Positions 50,087 through 59,750 of a DNA stretch of 64,000 nt are shown in pieces. The stretch comes from Minisyncoccota bacterium (GTDB lineage Bacteria > Patescibacteriota > Minisyncoccia > Phycocordibacterales > UBA918): assembly GCA_040879435.1 (NCBI GenBank), contig JBBDKG010000017.1, positions 2,060-66,059 of the forward strand. Direction: 5' to 3'. Made by a program: the position numbers and the translations under genes. A model generated the notes under the pieces. The model made no database searches. It worked only from the letters and a program-made list of their open reading frames with translations, and had not been told where the DNA came from. Numbering within the stretch: position 1 is the stretch's first letter; every line of letters begins with the position of its first letter.

Positions 50087-50695
50087 CTACTCAACGCTCA
50101 AGAACTCTGAATCAGACCGGTCATACATGCCATGACGGTTCTGAACGAGTGCCTTGATCCAGTAGTCACCGGTATCATATGCTTCAGTATTCCACGTGAA
50201 CTTCCACCGATCCTCACCCATTGCGATCGCTTCACCAAGACGGTGATACTCACCGGTCGCTGTCTCAAACGCAAACACCTCTATCGAGGTTGCGCGGGGC
50301 ACATCCATCAGGATGTTGAATACGCCGGGTGCGATCTCTTGGTATGTGAATTGTGCATTCGGGGTCTTTGAGCGCCGATCCTTGCAATCATCCGCACACA
50401 CTACTGCTGCCACGTTTGCCACACGAGTCGCCTCCACGATGTAGTTTGTGGCGGTTGTTTCGATATAGTTATAGGTGAAGACAAGGGCAAGAAAAACAAA
50501 CGCAAACCCACCAATGCGCGCAGTCTGAAGCGCAAGCCGTTCTGCATCCATCGGCCAACGGTATGGAGAAAGCGCCATGATCGAGAGTGAGGTTCTCGCT
50601 GAAGAAAGTGACGAGGTCTTCTTCGAACCACGCGCTCGTGTTGCGCGCTTACGAACCGGCTTCTTTGGTGGCGTTGTACGACTCGATGTGCTCAT
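50087..50695 (-). CDS. Single-pass membrane protein with Ig-like C-terminal domain
   Basis: Basic N-terminus, TM, 'WKFTWNT...GDY.I.A' Ig-like motif. Confidence 0.72.
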   Translation of the reverse strand: MSTSSRTTPPKKPVRKRATRARGSKKTSSLSSARTSLSIMALSPYRWPMDAERLALQTARIGGFAFVFLALVFTYNYIETTATNYIVEATRVANVAAVVCADDCKDRRSKTPNAQFTYQEIAPGVFNILMDVPRATSIEVFAFETATGEYHRLGEAIAMGEDRWKFTWNTEAYDTGDYWIKALVQNRHGMYDRSDSEFLSVE

Positions 50696-50757
50696 TCACA
50701 TACAGTATACCGTGTGCACACGACATATATGAACTGTACGTTGTCGATAACTCTAGG

Positions 50758-52797
50758 TCACTTCTTGCTCTTCTTCTTAAAACCAAGGTTCTCCAGCACC
50801 TGCACCTCATCACGTAAGATGGCTGCTGTCTCGAAATCAAGGATCGCAACAGCCTCTGCCATCTGTCTCCGCTTTTCCTTGATGAGCTTCTTAGGGTTCT
50901 TTGCAAAAAGTTCTTTATCAACCTCAACAAGCGTTGCAACCGTACGCTGATGCTCGGTCCGCATCTGGTCAGTGATGTCCCGGATCTCCTTTGCAATGCT
51001 CTTCGGCGTGATGCCGTGTTCCTTGTTGTATGCAAGCTGACGTTCCTGCCTACGGTTGGTCTCGCCGATGGCCTTTTCCATTGAACGGGTCACTTCGTCG
51101 GCATAAAGCACCACACGTCCTTTGATGTTGCGGGCGGCACGTCCTATGGTTTGTATGAGCGACGTTTCGCTTCGAAGGAATCCTTCCTTGTCTGCGTCGA
51201 GAATTGCCACTAGCTCGACCTCGGGAAGATCGAGTCCTTCACGCAGCAGGTTCACACCCACCAGACAGTCGAATTCACCACGACGGAAATTGGTAAGTAT
51301 CTCAATCCGTTCGAGGGTCTTGATATCGCTGTGTATGTATTCCGACTTAATATTCCGCTCCTTCAGGAATTCCGCAAGGTCCTCCGCCATCTTCTTGGTG
51401 AGTGTCGTCACCAGTACGCGGCCGCCTCCCTGGATCACTGTTTCGGCTTCAGCAATGAAGTCCTTTATCTGTCCGGGATAGCTTCCCTTTTCGACGATCG
51501 GCCGCATATCGATCTCCGGATCCACTAGTCCGGTTGGTCGAATGATCTGCTCAACGAACTGACCCTTCGGTGCGACCGAGTGCTCGTATTCATAGGTACC
51601 GGGTGTGGCTGACGTATAGATGCGTTGGCCCACACGCTCCTCAAACTCTTTGAAGTTAAGTGGACGGTTATCGACAGCGCTCGGCAACCGGAACCCATGC
51701 TCAACAAGCGTGTTCTTTCGTGAGCGGTCACCTGCGAACATGCCAGCAAGTTGCGGGATGGTGACATGGGACTCGTCGACAACAGTGAGGAAGTCGGGGG
51801 TACCGTCCTTTGTGTGCGGAAAATATGAAAGGAGCGTATACGGCGCGTCCCCGGGCTGGCGGCCGTCGAAATGACGTGAGTAGTTCTCAATGCCATTGCA
51901 GTACCCGAACTCCCGAATACGAGCAAGGTCGTGCTCGGTACGCCGTTTGATCCGCTCGGCCTCAAGCAGCTTTCCTTCTTTCTTGAATTTCTTTAACTGC
52001 TCCGCAAGCTCTTCCTTGATCTGTGCGACCGCTCGTTTCTTCTCATCCTCGGGTGTGACAAAGTGCTTTGCCGGAAAGAGATAGAAAAGATCAGGTTCTT
52101 CGATAATGGCTCGTGAAATGGAATCGATCTTCGTGATCGCTGAGACCGTGTCACTGGCAAACCCGAGGCGATAGATCACTCGTTCGTTCGTCGGCATGAT
52201 CTCGACGGTGTTGCCGACGGCACGGAAACTTCCTGGGGTGAGGTCTGCGTTCGTGCGCTCGAAATACATATCAACAAGCGTACGGAGCATCTCAGTACGT
52301 GTTGTTTTGAACCCGCGTTCGATCTTGCGGTGCACCTTCTCGTATTGTATCGGGGAACCGAGGCCGTAAATACAGGAGACCGATGCAATGATGATCACAT
52401 CGGAACGCGTGAGGAGGGCTTGTGTGGAGGCGTGCCGCAACCGGTCGATTTCCTCGTTGATCTGCGCTTCTTTCTCGATGTATGTATCAGACACCGGCAT
52501 GTATGCCTCCGGCTGGTAGTAGTCATAGTATGAGACGAAATAGTGTACGGCGTTGTCCGGAAAGAAGTCGCGATACTCCTGTGCCAACTGAGCGGCAAGT
52601 GTTTTGTTGTGTGCTATCACCAAAGTTGGTTTTTGCACGTGCTGGATCACGTTGGCAGCGGTAAACGTCTTTCCAGAGCCAGTGACGCCCAAAAGCGTCT
52701 GGTGCTCCATACCAGATTCGATTCCCTTCACCAGTGACGCTATGGCTTTAGGCTGGTCACCCGCAGGCGTCTTTTCAGTTGAGATCTTGAATTTCAC
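50758..52797 (-). CDS. uvrB: Excinuclease ABC subunit B
   Basis: PAGDQP, GVTGSGKT, YFVSYYDYYQPEAY, DESH, QTIGRAAR. Confidence 0.98.
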   Translation of the reverse strand: MKFKISTEKTPAGDQPKAIASLVKGIESGMEHQTLLGVTGSGKTFTAANVIQHVQKPTLVIAHNKTLAAQLAQEYRDFFPDNAVHYFVSYYDYYQPEAYMPVSDTYIEKEAQINEEIDRLRHASTQALLTRSDVIIIASVSCIYGLGSPIQYEKVHRKIERGFKTTRTEMLRTLVDMYFERTNADLTPGSFRAVGNTVEIMPTNERVIYRLGFASDTVSAITKIDSISRAIIEEPDLFYLFPAKHFVTPEDEKKRAVAQIKEELAEQLKKFKKEGKLLEAERIKRRTEHDLARIREFGYCNGIENYSRHFDGRQPGDAPYTLLSYFPHTKDGTPDFLTVVDESHVTIPQLAGMFAGDRSRKNTLVEHGFRLPSAVDNRPLNFKEFEERVGQRIYTSATPGTYEYEHSVAPKGQFVEQIIRPTGLVDPEIDMRPIVEKGSYPGQIKDFIAEAETVIQGGGRVLVTTLTKKMAEDLAEFLKERNIKSEYIHSDIKTLERIEILTNFRRGEFDCLVGVNLLREGLDLPEVELVAILDADKEGFLRSETSLIQTIGRAARNIKGRVVLYADEVTRSMEKAIGETNRRQERQLAYNKEHGITPKSIAKEIRDITDQMRTEHQRTVATLVEVDKELFAKNPKKLIKEKRRQMAEAVAILDFETAAILRDEVQVLENLGFKKKSKK

Positions 52798-52817
52798 TGT
52801 GCGAGTATAGCAAATTT

Positions 52818-52845
52818 ATGGGCGGTGCGTTTCCGCACCGCCCAT
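52818..52845. terminator. Hairpin / terminator
   Basis: ATGGGCGGTGCG/CGCACCGCCCAT. Confidence 0.6.
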
Positions 52846-52846
52846 G

Positions 52847-53464
52847 TCAGCTTGCCTGCAACTCCCGCAGTGCATCCTCCAACTCATGGATAAGAATGCA
52901 TTCCTTTTCTGCGAGCGCCAGGTAGAAGTCCTGCGTCTCCTGTATTTTTCGTGACCGCTTTTCGGCGTCGGTCTCCCACAGCGTCAGCAGATTGTGTAGT
53001 CGGTCGGCAAGCTTGATGATGACCGACTCACGCGGTGCGTGAAGCAGGTTCTCGTGGTACCTGCGATCACGCTCACGTTTGTCGTCTCCAAACTCTTTGA
53101 GCTTGGGCTTGGTAACGTACCAAACGAGCATTGCGACCCGAGGGCCGAAGAGATCACGCACCCGGTTATAGTCCCATCCCTCGATATCTTCCACAATATC
53201 GTGGAGCAACGCCGCAATGATCACGTCGGTGTCACGAACACGCAGGTGCACCATGAGGATGAGAGCGACTGAGCGAAGGTGTTCAAAGTACCGGTCGCCT
53301 CCATCCCTGACAACCTCGGCAAATGCGACCTTGGCCGTGTGGTACGCCTTTTCAATTTTCAGATACCGTTCGTCATCGGGTGGGTAGTACCGAAGCACGA
53401 TCCCCATGAACGACTCACGGTCCTTGTGGTTCTGTATGCATTCCCGGACACGGTCGAGTGTCAT
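52847..53464 (-). CDS. Stand-alone RelA/SpoT-type HD hydrolase (SAH)
   Basis: R.GG.RYFEH, AALLHDIVED, VTK, IKLADRLHN; AAGGAGG SD. Confidence 0.88.
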   Translation of the reverse strand: MTLDRVRECIQNHKDRESFMGIVLRYYPPDDERYLKIEKAYHTAKVAFAEVVRDGGDRYFEHLRSVALILMVHLRVRDTDVIIAALLHDIVEDIEGWDYNRVRDLFGPRVAMLVWYVTKPKLKEFGDDKRERDRRYHENLLHAPRESVIIKLADRLHNLLTLWETDAEKRSRKIQETQDFYLALAEKECILIHELEDALRELQAS

Positions 53465-53606
53465 GAGGACCTCCTTCAATTCGAAAGGAACAATCGAACA
53501 ACTATTAAAACATAATCGCTGTGATAGTCAAGTCTGTGTGGTCTCCTGCTATTTGACAACCGCATTCTGTGAGAGTACGGTCATCGACAAGAGAAGGAGT
53601 TCTTTC

Positions 53607-54035
53607 ATGTATAAGAGGCATATCGGACGTGTTACCGGCGGCAATCCTGCGAAACGGAAATACGAGCTTCCGATCCCGTACGTCCGCCGAACCGATCGTG
53701 CATACGTGCCGAACGATACAAGTGGGGTGTACTGCGGTGATCCCCGTCGCTTGATACCGTCTTCCCGCAAACAGGTGGGCAAGCTCAACCAAGCGGTGCA
53801 GAAAATGTGCGGCGCGGTCGTCTGTTTTATGGACCTGCCAGAGAACAGCCGGTATCTTTCGATCACGCTTGCGCTTGATGTCGGATACACGGACTATGAG
53901 TCGCGGTGGGCAATTGTCGAAGAAGCGCTCACCAGCGCATTCTCAATACCCATCCATGACACCGTATTCCGGCCCAAACGGAGAAGTATCAGACTTCCGA
54001 AGAGACGGAAGCGAACAAAACGCAGCGCGGCTTAA
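53607..54035 (+). CDS. Basic hypothetical protein
   Basis: AAGGAG SD, TTGACA promoter near 53553, Arg/Lys-rich tail. Confidence 0.6.
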   Translation: MYKRHIGRVTGGNPAKRKYELPIPYVRRTDRAYVPNDTSGVYCGDPRRLIPSSRKQVGKLNQAVQKMCGAVVCFMDLPENSRYLSITLALDVGYTDYESRWAIVEEALTSAFSIPIHDTVFRPKRRSIRLPKRRKRTKRSAA

Positions 54036-54047
54036 CCGCGCTGCTTT

Positions 54048-55244
54048 CTATTGACCAAGGATCTGCTCTCGCAGCTGCTTCGTGAATTGAACGATAACGT
54101 ATAAATTATGGATCGAAGCAAGATGTGCAGCGAGCATCTCGTTCGCACGGAAAAGATGAGACAGATACGCTTTCGTGTACCTGCTGCAGACGTGACAGTC
54201 ACAACCTTCATCAAGCTTCGAAAAATCACGAACATACTTCGCATTCAGGAGGTTCACCCTCTTGATCCCCTCATTCGTATGAATATAAATGGTCGCGTTT
54301 CGTGCAAGACGGGTCGGCGCAACGCAGTCAAAGGTGTCGCATCCCATAGCAACACCCTGCACGATGTCGTCCGGCTCACCGATACCGAGAAGATGTCGCG
54401 GCCTATCCTCCGGCAAGTTCTCATTCACAACCCGCAACGACTCGTTCAAATCCTCCTTCGAGAATGACCCACCGATACCGAAGCCGTCAAAATCCATATC
54501 CGCAAGCGTTCGCGCACTCTCGATGCGAAGGTCAGAGAAGCGTCCTCCTTGCGCCACGCCATAGAGGCCCTGCTTTTTGAGCGCGTCATAGTTCTGCTTG
54601 TGCGCCATGATAGAGCGCTTTGCCCATCGGTGTGTCCGCTCCATTGCCTCTTTTTGATATGCATAGTCTGCTGAAGGAGAGGTGCACTCATCGAACGCAA
54701 TGATGATGTCTGCACCGATGGCGTGTTGGATATCGATCGAGCGCTCTGCAGTGAAGCGGTGCATCGAGCCGTCGTGATGTGACGTGAAGGTCACTCCCTC
54801 CTCATCAATGACACACAACTTCCCGTGGCTCTGCGCCAACTCCTTGGAATACACGTTCAAACCGTCGGCATGTTCCATGTCCTCACCTTTTGCAAACTTG
54901 GTCACTCCCTTCCCGAACGCAGCGCCAAGAGAAAAGACTTGAAAGCCGCCCGAGTCGGTCATGGTCGGCATGTTCCAGTTGGCGAATGCATGAAGTCCCC
55001 CCGCTTCCTTCACGACCTCATGTCCCGGCTGGAGGTAGAGATGATAGGTGTTTGCGAGCGCAGCCTGCGCTCCTACGTATTCAGTGAGGTCCTCAGGCTT
55101 TAGAGACTTCACCGTTCCCTTCGTACCCACGGCAATAAAAGCCGGTGTTTCAATGTCGCCATGCGGAGTATGGATAACACCCGCGCGGCCAAGTGTGCCG
55201 CGTTGCGTTTTCTGTACTTCAAATGTGACTGGTTTTGCCTGCAT
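54048..55244 (-). CDS. tgt: tRNA-guanine transglycosylase
   Basis: LANTYHL, TDSGGFQVFSL, FDEC, PRHLLG, FDCV.PTR, CDCHVC. Confidence 0.96.
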   Translation of the reverse strand: MQAKPVTFEVQKTQRGTLGRAGVIHTPHGDIETPAFIAVGTKGTVKSLKPEDLTEYVGAQAALANTYHLYLQPGHEVVKEAGGLHAFANWNMPTMTDSGGFQVFSLGAAFGKGVTKFAKGEDMEHADGLNVYSKELAQSHGKLCVIDEEGVTFTSHHDGSMHRFTAERSIDIQHAIGADIIIAFDECTSPSADYAYQKEAMERTHRWAKRSIMAHKQNYDALKKQGLYGVAQGGRFSDLRIESARTLADMDFDGFGIGGSFSKEDLNESLRVVNENLPEDRPRHLLGIGEPDDIVQGVAMGCDTFDCVAPTRLARNATIYIHTNEGIKRVNLLNAKYVRDFSKLDEGCDCHVCSRYTKAYLSHLFRANEMLAAHLASIHNLYVIVQFTKQLREQILGQ

Positions 55245-55296
55245 GATGTAATAGTAATGTGGAAAGGCCAGCTGCGAAAGCAACTGGCCTTGATTC

Positions 55297-55815
55297 TTAC
55301 GCAGCGCGACGCATGAAATTCTGGACCGAGTCATGCTCGAGTACGCCGACGAAAGCGTGGAGGAGTGCGTTCGGTTTCCCGTACTGCAGAAGTGCGTCGA
55401 CGTACGCAGGCGACTGAACCGTGCGTTCAGGGCTGAAGATACTCCCAGTGACCGAGATCGAGCACACATGTTCAGAGACCGGTCGGTCCACCCAACTGCC
55501 ATTACCCGGTGACCGTACGGTCTCGAAGAACTGTACCGAATGCCCTTTGTCTCCGAAAATGTAAGAGAGTGTCTCATGACAAAAGCTGAGCAGACGCGGA
55601 AAACCATACGAGACCGACATACCATGAAATGGCAGTTCAAGCCGATGACCTCCCTCGTGTGCGTAGCGCGTCGTCATCTGGGGATCGGCGTATGAAGTGC
55701 TGATATGCAGCCCGAGCGCATGCGCCAATTCCTCACTCCGCTGAAAGTTGAACCCCTCCTTGTCTTCTTCCATCTCGCGACACAGGCTCTTCAGTCGTCC
55801 AAAGTCGATGTTCAT
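55297..55815 (-). CDS. Hypothetical protein
   Basis: 172-aa ORF with GGGAG SD and hairpins on both sides. Confidence 0.6.
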   Translation of the reverse strand: MNIDFGRLKSLCREMEEDKEGFNFQRSEELAHALGLHISTSYADPQMTTRYAHEGGHRLELPFHGMSVSYGFPRLLSFCHETLSYIFGDKGHSVQFFETVRSPGNGSWVDRPVSEHVCSISVTGSIFSPERTVQSPAYVDALLQYGKPNALLHAFVGVLEHDSVQNFMRRAA

Positions 55816-55911
55816 GCCTTCTCTCCCGTTCGAGTCTGAGCGCAGTCTACCCTACGAAAACAAAAAGACAAGGACTGTCCTTGTCTTTGTGATTCTAGCC
55901 ATCATGTTCGA

Positions 55912-56451
55912 TTATTCGATCTCGATCAACTCAATAGCAAACACCAGCGTTGCATTCCCCGGGATCGGACCATATCCGGACTTTCCATACCCAAGTTCAG
56001 GCGGCACCACAAGAATGCGCTGTCCACCCTCTTTCATACCAACGACGCCTTCTTCCCACCCTTCGATCACCTTACCGGCACCGACAGTGAACACAAACGG
56101 TTCACCCTTGGTATGGCTGTTGTCGAACTGCTGTCCGCTCTCGAGCGTACCGATGTAATGTACGGAAATAGTGTCACCTTCTTCGGCCGCATCTCCCGTA
56201 CCAAGTACCACATCATCGATGATCAGACGGTCTACCTTGCCTGTTTCTGCAGACGCCTCCACAATGGCATTTGCGCGTGCCGCGTCCCTGGTCACGTCAT
56301 CAGCCACCACCACAGACGCCTGCTGTGATCGCTCTGCAGTTTCACCCTGACTGAAGAGTGAAGTTTCCATACGCATCAGGAAGAGCGCCAACACCATAGC
56401 GACAACACTCACCCCGATCCCGATTGCTTCAAATTTACTTACCTTTATCAT
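55912..56451 (-). CDS. Membrane-anchored FKBP-type peptidyl-prolyl isomerase
   Basis: VHYIGTL..FDNS, VIEGWEEG..GM, PPELGYG, IPGNATLVF. Confidence 0.94.
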   Translation of the reverse strand: MIKVSKFEAIGIGVSVVAMVLALFLMRMETSLFSQGETAERSQQASVVVADDVTRDAARANAIVEASAETGKVDRLIIDDVVLGTGDAAEEGDTISVHYIGTLESGQQFDNSHTKGEPFVFTVGAGKVIEGWEEGVVGMKEGGQRILVVPPELGYGKSGYGPIPGNATLVFAIELIEIE

Positions 56452-56501
56452 AATGTAGTAGGGACATAGTAATGGAAAGGTTGTCAAGTTGCAACCTTCC
56501 G

Positions 56502-57530
56502 CTATTGAAACTGAAGTCCCACCTTCCCTCGTTCAATGGGCCCTCTCAGACTGCCACTACTTCGATCCGCAAGTGATTTAAGGAATGCCTCACGCTCGTA
56601 CCCGTTCATCAGCTGCGGTGCTGTCCGTGATGCTTCGGTCGAAACCGGCAGTAACGTAATCTCGGCTTCATACTGAGTATCAAATGTAATATCGAGAACC
56701 AGCCCTTGCATCACATGTGTACTGAAATACTGGTCAAAGATGAAGTTGCCGAGTGAATAGAAGATCAACGCCTCGTTATACACCTCAACATCCTGCACAA
56801 CGTGCGGATGATGTCCCACCACTAGATCAGCCCCTGCATCAACAAACCGATGTGCGAGCTGCTCCTGTGCCCTGCTGTGCACGAGCTCATACTCGTTTCC
56901 CCAGTGTACATACACAACCTGGAAGTCGCTGCGTGCTTCTGCTTCCCACATCACCTCCTCAATAACCTCTGTCGACGGCAGCACTTCCACTGCGTAGATT
57001 CCCAGAAGCGCAATGGTTAGTTGTTCGGTCTCGATATACGCAATGCTCGTTGTAGCGAGAGAAAATGGTGAACCGAACGGGGTAATACCCGTATTCTCGA
57101 TCACGTGCTTTGTATGAGCAAATCCCACTTTTCCGTAGTCATCGGTGTGATTGTTCGCAAGAGAGAGGTGCGTGATGCGTGCCCCAGCAAGCGCGGGTAT
57201 ATTCTGGGCTGGAACAGAGAACTGCATGGTCATGCTCGGAGTCGGGACATGGACTTCAGGAACGGCTGCTTCGAAGTTGCCAACAACCGTGTTCGCATCA
57301 AAGTGTGACGCCATATGAGAAAAGGGGTAGTCACGACCATATGTGGCCATCTTTCGCTCCACATCACGCGCAAGCATGATGTCGCCAAGAAAGATCATGC
57401 GATATGATTCCTCACTATGCACGCGCTCCGGCAATATCTGCTGATACAGCGATACTTTCTCGTGTGTGAGTGTAGCAAAAACCCCGCCAGCGGCGGCGGC
57501 GGCAAGTATCAAAATACACACTGCTTTCAT
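56502..57530 (-). CDS. CapA/PGA_cap family metallophosphoesterase
   Basis: GDIML, NFE, LANNH, HWG.EY, GHHPHV, YSLGNF.FD. Confidence 0.92.
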   Translation of the reverse strand: MKAVCILILAAAAAGGVFATLTHEKVSLYQQILPERVHSEESYRMIFLGDIMLARDVERKMATYGRDYPFSHMASHFDANTVVGNFEAAVPEVHVPTPSMTMQFSVPAQNIPALAGARITHLSLANNHTDDYGKVGFAHTKHVIENTGITPFGSPFSLATTSIAYIETEQLTIALLGIYAVEVLPSTEVIEEVMWEAEARSDFQVVYVHWGNEYELVHSRAQEQLAHRFVDAGADLVVGHHPHVVQDVEVYNEALIFYSLGNFIFDQYFSTHVMQGLVLDITFDTQYEAEITLLPVSTEASRTAPQLMNGYEREAFLKSLADRSSGSLRGPIERGKVGLQFQ

Positions 57531-57568
57531 ACGCTGCTACGGTAGCAACAGTAGAAAGTTTTGCAAGT

Positions 57569-57991
57569 CTACGCGAACGGGTGGAAGAACCCGATCTGGT
57601 AGTACCACATGATACCGAACATCGCTATCGCGGCACACACAGCTGAACATGCAAAGATGATACCCAATTGGATCGTTGACACGGACTGTCGGCGTGCACG
57701 CGCGGCATCAAGATCCGAAAAGTTGATCTCGACATCGATACCTAGCAGTTCCTTGATGGTCTCTGGCTTCAATCGTTCATCAGCAAGCAACACGTTGCAG
57801 CGCGTACTCGGACGCTGTACACCGCAGAGGTCTTTATTCTCATCAACATTTTCATTGCGAAGTGCTGCAATGATACTCTCCGTGTCTTCACACCGTGCGT
57901 AGAGGAGTACCGACTTGATCTCCTCATCGGTGGCGGTTGGTGAAAGCCCATTAATGCGGAGGATCTTTTCAATGTGGCCTTTCGTATACAT
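57569..57991 (-). CDS. Hypothetical protein with C-terminal TM
   Basis: 140-aa ORF, co-oriented with neighbours and tightly packed. Confidence 0.72.
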   Translation of the reverse strand: MYTKGHIEKILRINGLSPTATDEEIKSVLLYARCEDTESIIAALRNENVDENKDLCGVQRPSTRCNVLLADERLKPETIKELLGIDVEINFSDLDAARARRQSVSTIQLGIIFACSAVCAAIAMFGIMWYYQIGFFHPFA

Positions 57992-58003
57992 AGTGATCGT
58001 TCT

Positions 58004-59038
58004 CTAGCTCGAAACGTTCTTGGCTATATGTTGATTATACAACTCCAAGAGTACGATAAAGAAACTTACCAACACCGGACCAACCACGAAACCAATCGGG
58101 CCAAAGAAGATCACGCCGCCAAGTACCGAAAGCAGGATCAAGAACGGGTGGATCACATTCCCCCGGCTCATAAGATACGGGCCAAGCAGGTTGTCGATCA
58201 ATCCGACCGCAAGCGTTCCCCAGACCGCAAGACCAATGGCTTCAATGTAGCTTCCGGTAAAGAGAAGATAGAGGACGGACGGGATAAAAACGATCGAGGT
58301 ACCCACGCTCGGAATAAGCGCTCCGAATGCAGCAATGGCACCAAGGAGAATTGCGCGTTCAAAACCGAACAAGGTGAGCCCAAGGGCTGTCAGTGTTCCC
58401 TGGATCAGAGCGACGAGAATAGTGCCGGTCGCGACCGAACGGACAGCTACACTCAACCGCCGAAGGATCAACTCATCCTGTGAGTCGGGCAGCGGACTGA
58501 TCTGCACCAGACGCTTGGTAAAGATCTTTCCATCCCTGAAGAAGTAGAACGAAGCGATGATGGCAATGAAGAACAGGAATATGGTCGATGCAGTACCTGC
58601 AAAGATGGCACCCAGGTGTGAAGCCAGCCACTGCGCACCCTGGCGCAAATATTCAGTGAGGTTCAGTTCAAGCCCTGGCACGTACTGCCGACCCGCAGCT
58701 TCGATCGCTTCCACATACTGCACAACAGAAAAGTCCTCACTACTTCCCAAAAGTTGGTAGATAGCGACCGCCTCCCGCAAGATGAGCGACGAGAGCAGGA
58801 GCACCGGGAGGATGACGATGACGAGTACGAGAAGTGTGGTGACCAGTGCAGCAAGCGTTGTGTTGTTGCGGGGCATGTATCGCACAACACGCTCATACAT
58901 TGGGTAACAGATGGTCACAATGACCGCCGCGAGTGCAAGCGCTGAGATAAAGGGAGAGAACATCTGCCAAACCAGGTACCCCACAACACCCATCACGCCG
59001 AAAAAGAACACGTATTCGACTATTCGATTGGAATTCAT
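58004..59038 (-). CDS. AI-2E family transporter
   Basis: FYFFRDG, ALIQG, IP.VG, IDN.L.P, GG..FG..G..GP. Confidence 0.92.
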   Translation of the reverse strand: MNSNRIVEYVFFFGVMGVVGYLVWQMFSPFISALALAAVIVTICYPMYERVVRYMPRNNTTLAALVTTLLVLVIVILPVLLLSSLILREAVAIYQLLGSSEDFSVVQYVEAIEAAGRQYVPGLELNLTEYLRQGAQWLASHLGAIFAGTASTIFLFFIAIIASFYFFRDGKIFTKRLVQISPLPDSQDELILRRLSVAVRSVATGTILVALIQGTLTALGLTLFGFERAILLGAIAAFGALIPSVGTSIVFIPSVLYLLFTGSYIEAIGLAVWGTLAVGLIDNLLGPYLMSRGNVIHPFLILLSVLGGVIFFGPIGFVVGPVLVSFFIVLLELYNQHIAKNVSS

Positions 59039-59068
59039 GAATACATAGTACAACGCATCCCGAAAACT

Positions 59069-59096
59069 ACAAACGCCGTCATGTGACGGCGTTTGT
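59069..59096. terminator. Hairpin / terminator
   Basis: ACAAACGCCGTCA/TGACGGCGTTTGT. Confidence 0.65.
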
Positions 59097-59111
59097 TGTT
59101 CTCACCCCTCC

Positions 59112-59657
59112 CTACCCCTTTATATACAGTTCGAACTCATCAGGTGTCTCCCCTTCCTCTGCTTCAATGAGGTTCAACTCAACAGGCCGTCCCTGAAATT
59201 CAGCAGTGATAGCAGCTTCTGATGAGGCTGTAGCACTCACCTTGAAGCGCTGTGGTGTGATGACCTGTGCACAGAATTCAGCGTTGTTCACCACTTCAAA
59301 CTCAAGTGTGATCTGCTCCGGCATTGATTCAGCGACCCGAGCTGAGCTTTCAAGCAGGTCGCACGGTGTTGGCATTGGAATCTCTCCCACCACTGTGTGT
59401 ACGCCATCGATGTAGAAATGTTTGCCGTCGATACGGTCGATACTTGTATAACGCTCATCCGTCTCCTGCTCGTTCAAGCCGTTCTCGTCACCATTTTCTT
59501 CGGTTTGTGACAAAAAGGCGAACGCGAACATACCGAGCACGACCGCAACGAAGAGTGCCACTGCAAGAATTACCGTTCTGCGGTTCATCCTTTGCTTCGA
59601 CGATTGCATGGTCGTCTGTTCGTCTCGTGGTGTCTGGTCTTGATGTTGCTGTTCCAT
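59112..59657 (-). CDS. Membrane-anchored hypothetical protein
   Basis: TM followed by PTPC..CAQVI motifs; start uncertain. Confidence 0.72.
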   Translation of the reverse strand: MEQQHQDQTPRDEQTTMQSSKQRMNRRTVILAVALFVAVVLGMFAFAFLSQTEENGDENGLNEQETDERYTSIDRIDGKHFYIDGVHTVVGEIPMPTPCDLLESSARVAESMPEQITLEFEVVNNAEFCAQVITPQRFKVSATASSEAAITAEFQGRPVELNLIEAEEGETPDEFELYIKG

Positions 59658-59750
59658 AACTAATGCGTTAACTGCCAAAATACGCTCTTCATGAGCGTTT
59701 TCATGTTCCTACCAAACATTATACCATTTTATATGGTATTCGTATGAAGT

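Noticed and set aside
54048-55640. 530-aa TGT with a long N-terminal extension
   Set aside because: The extension overlaps the separate SD-led ORF 55297-55815 and a hairpin; TGT homology begins at ATG 55244
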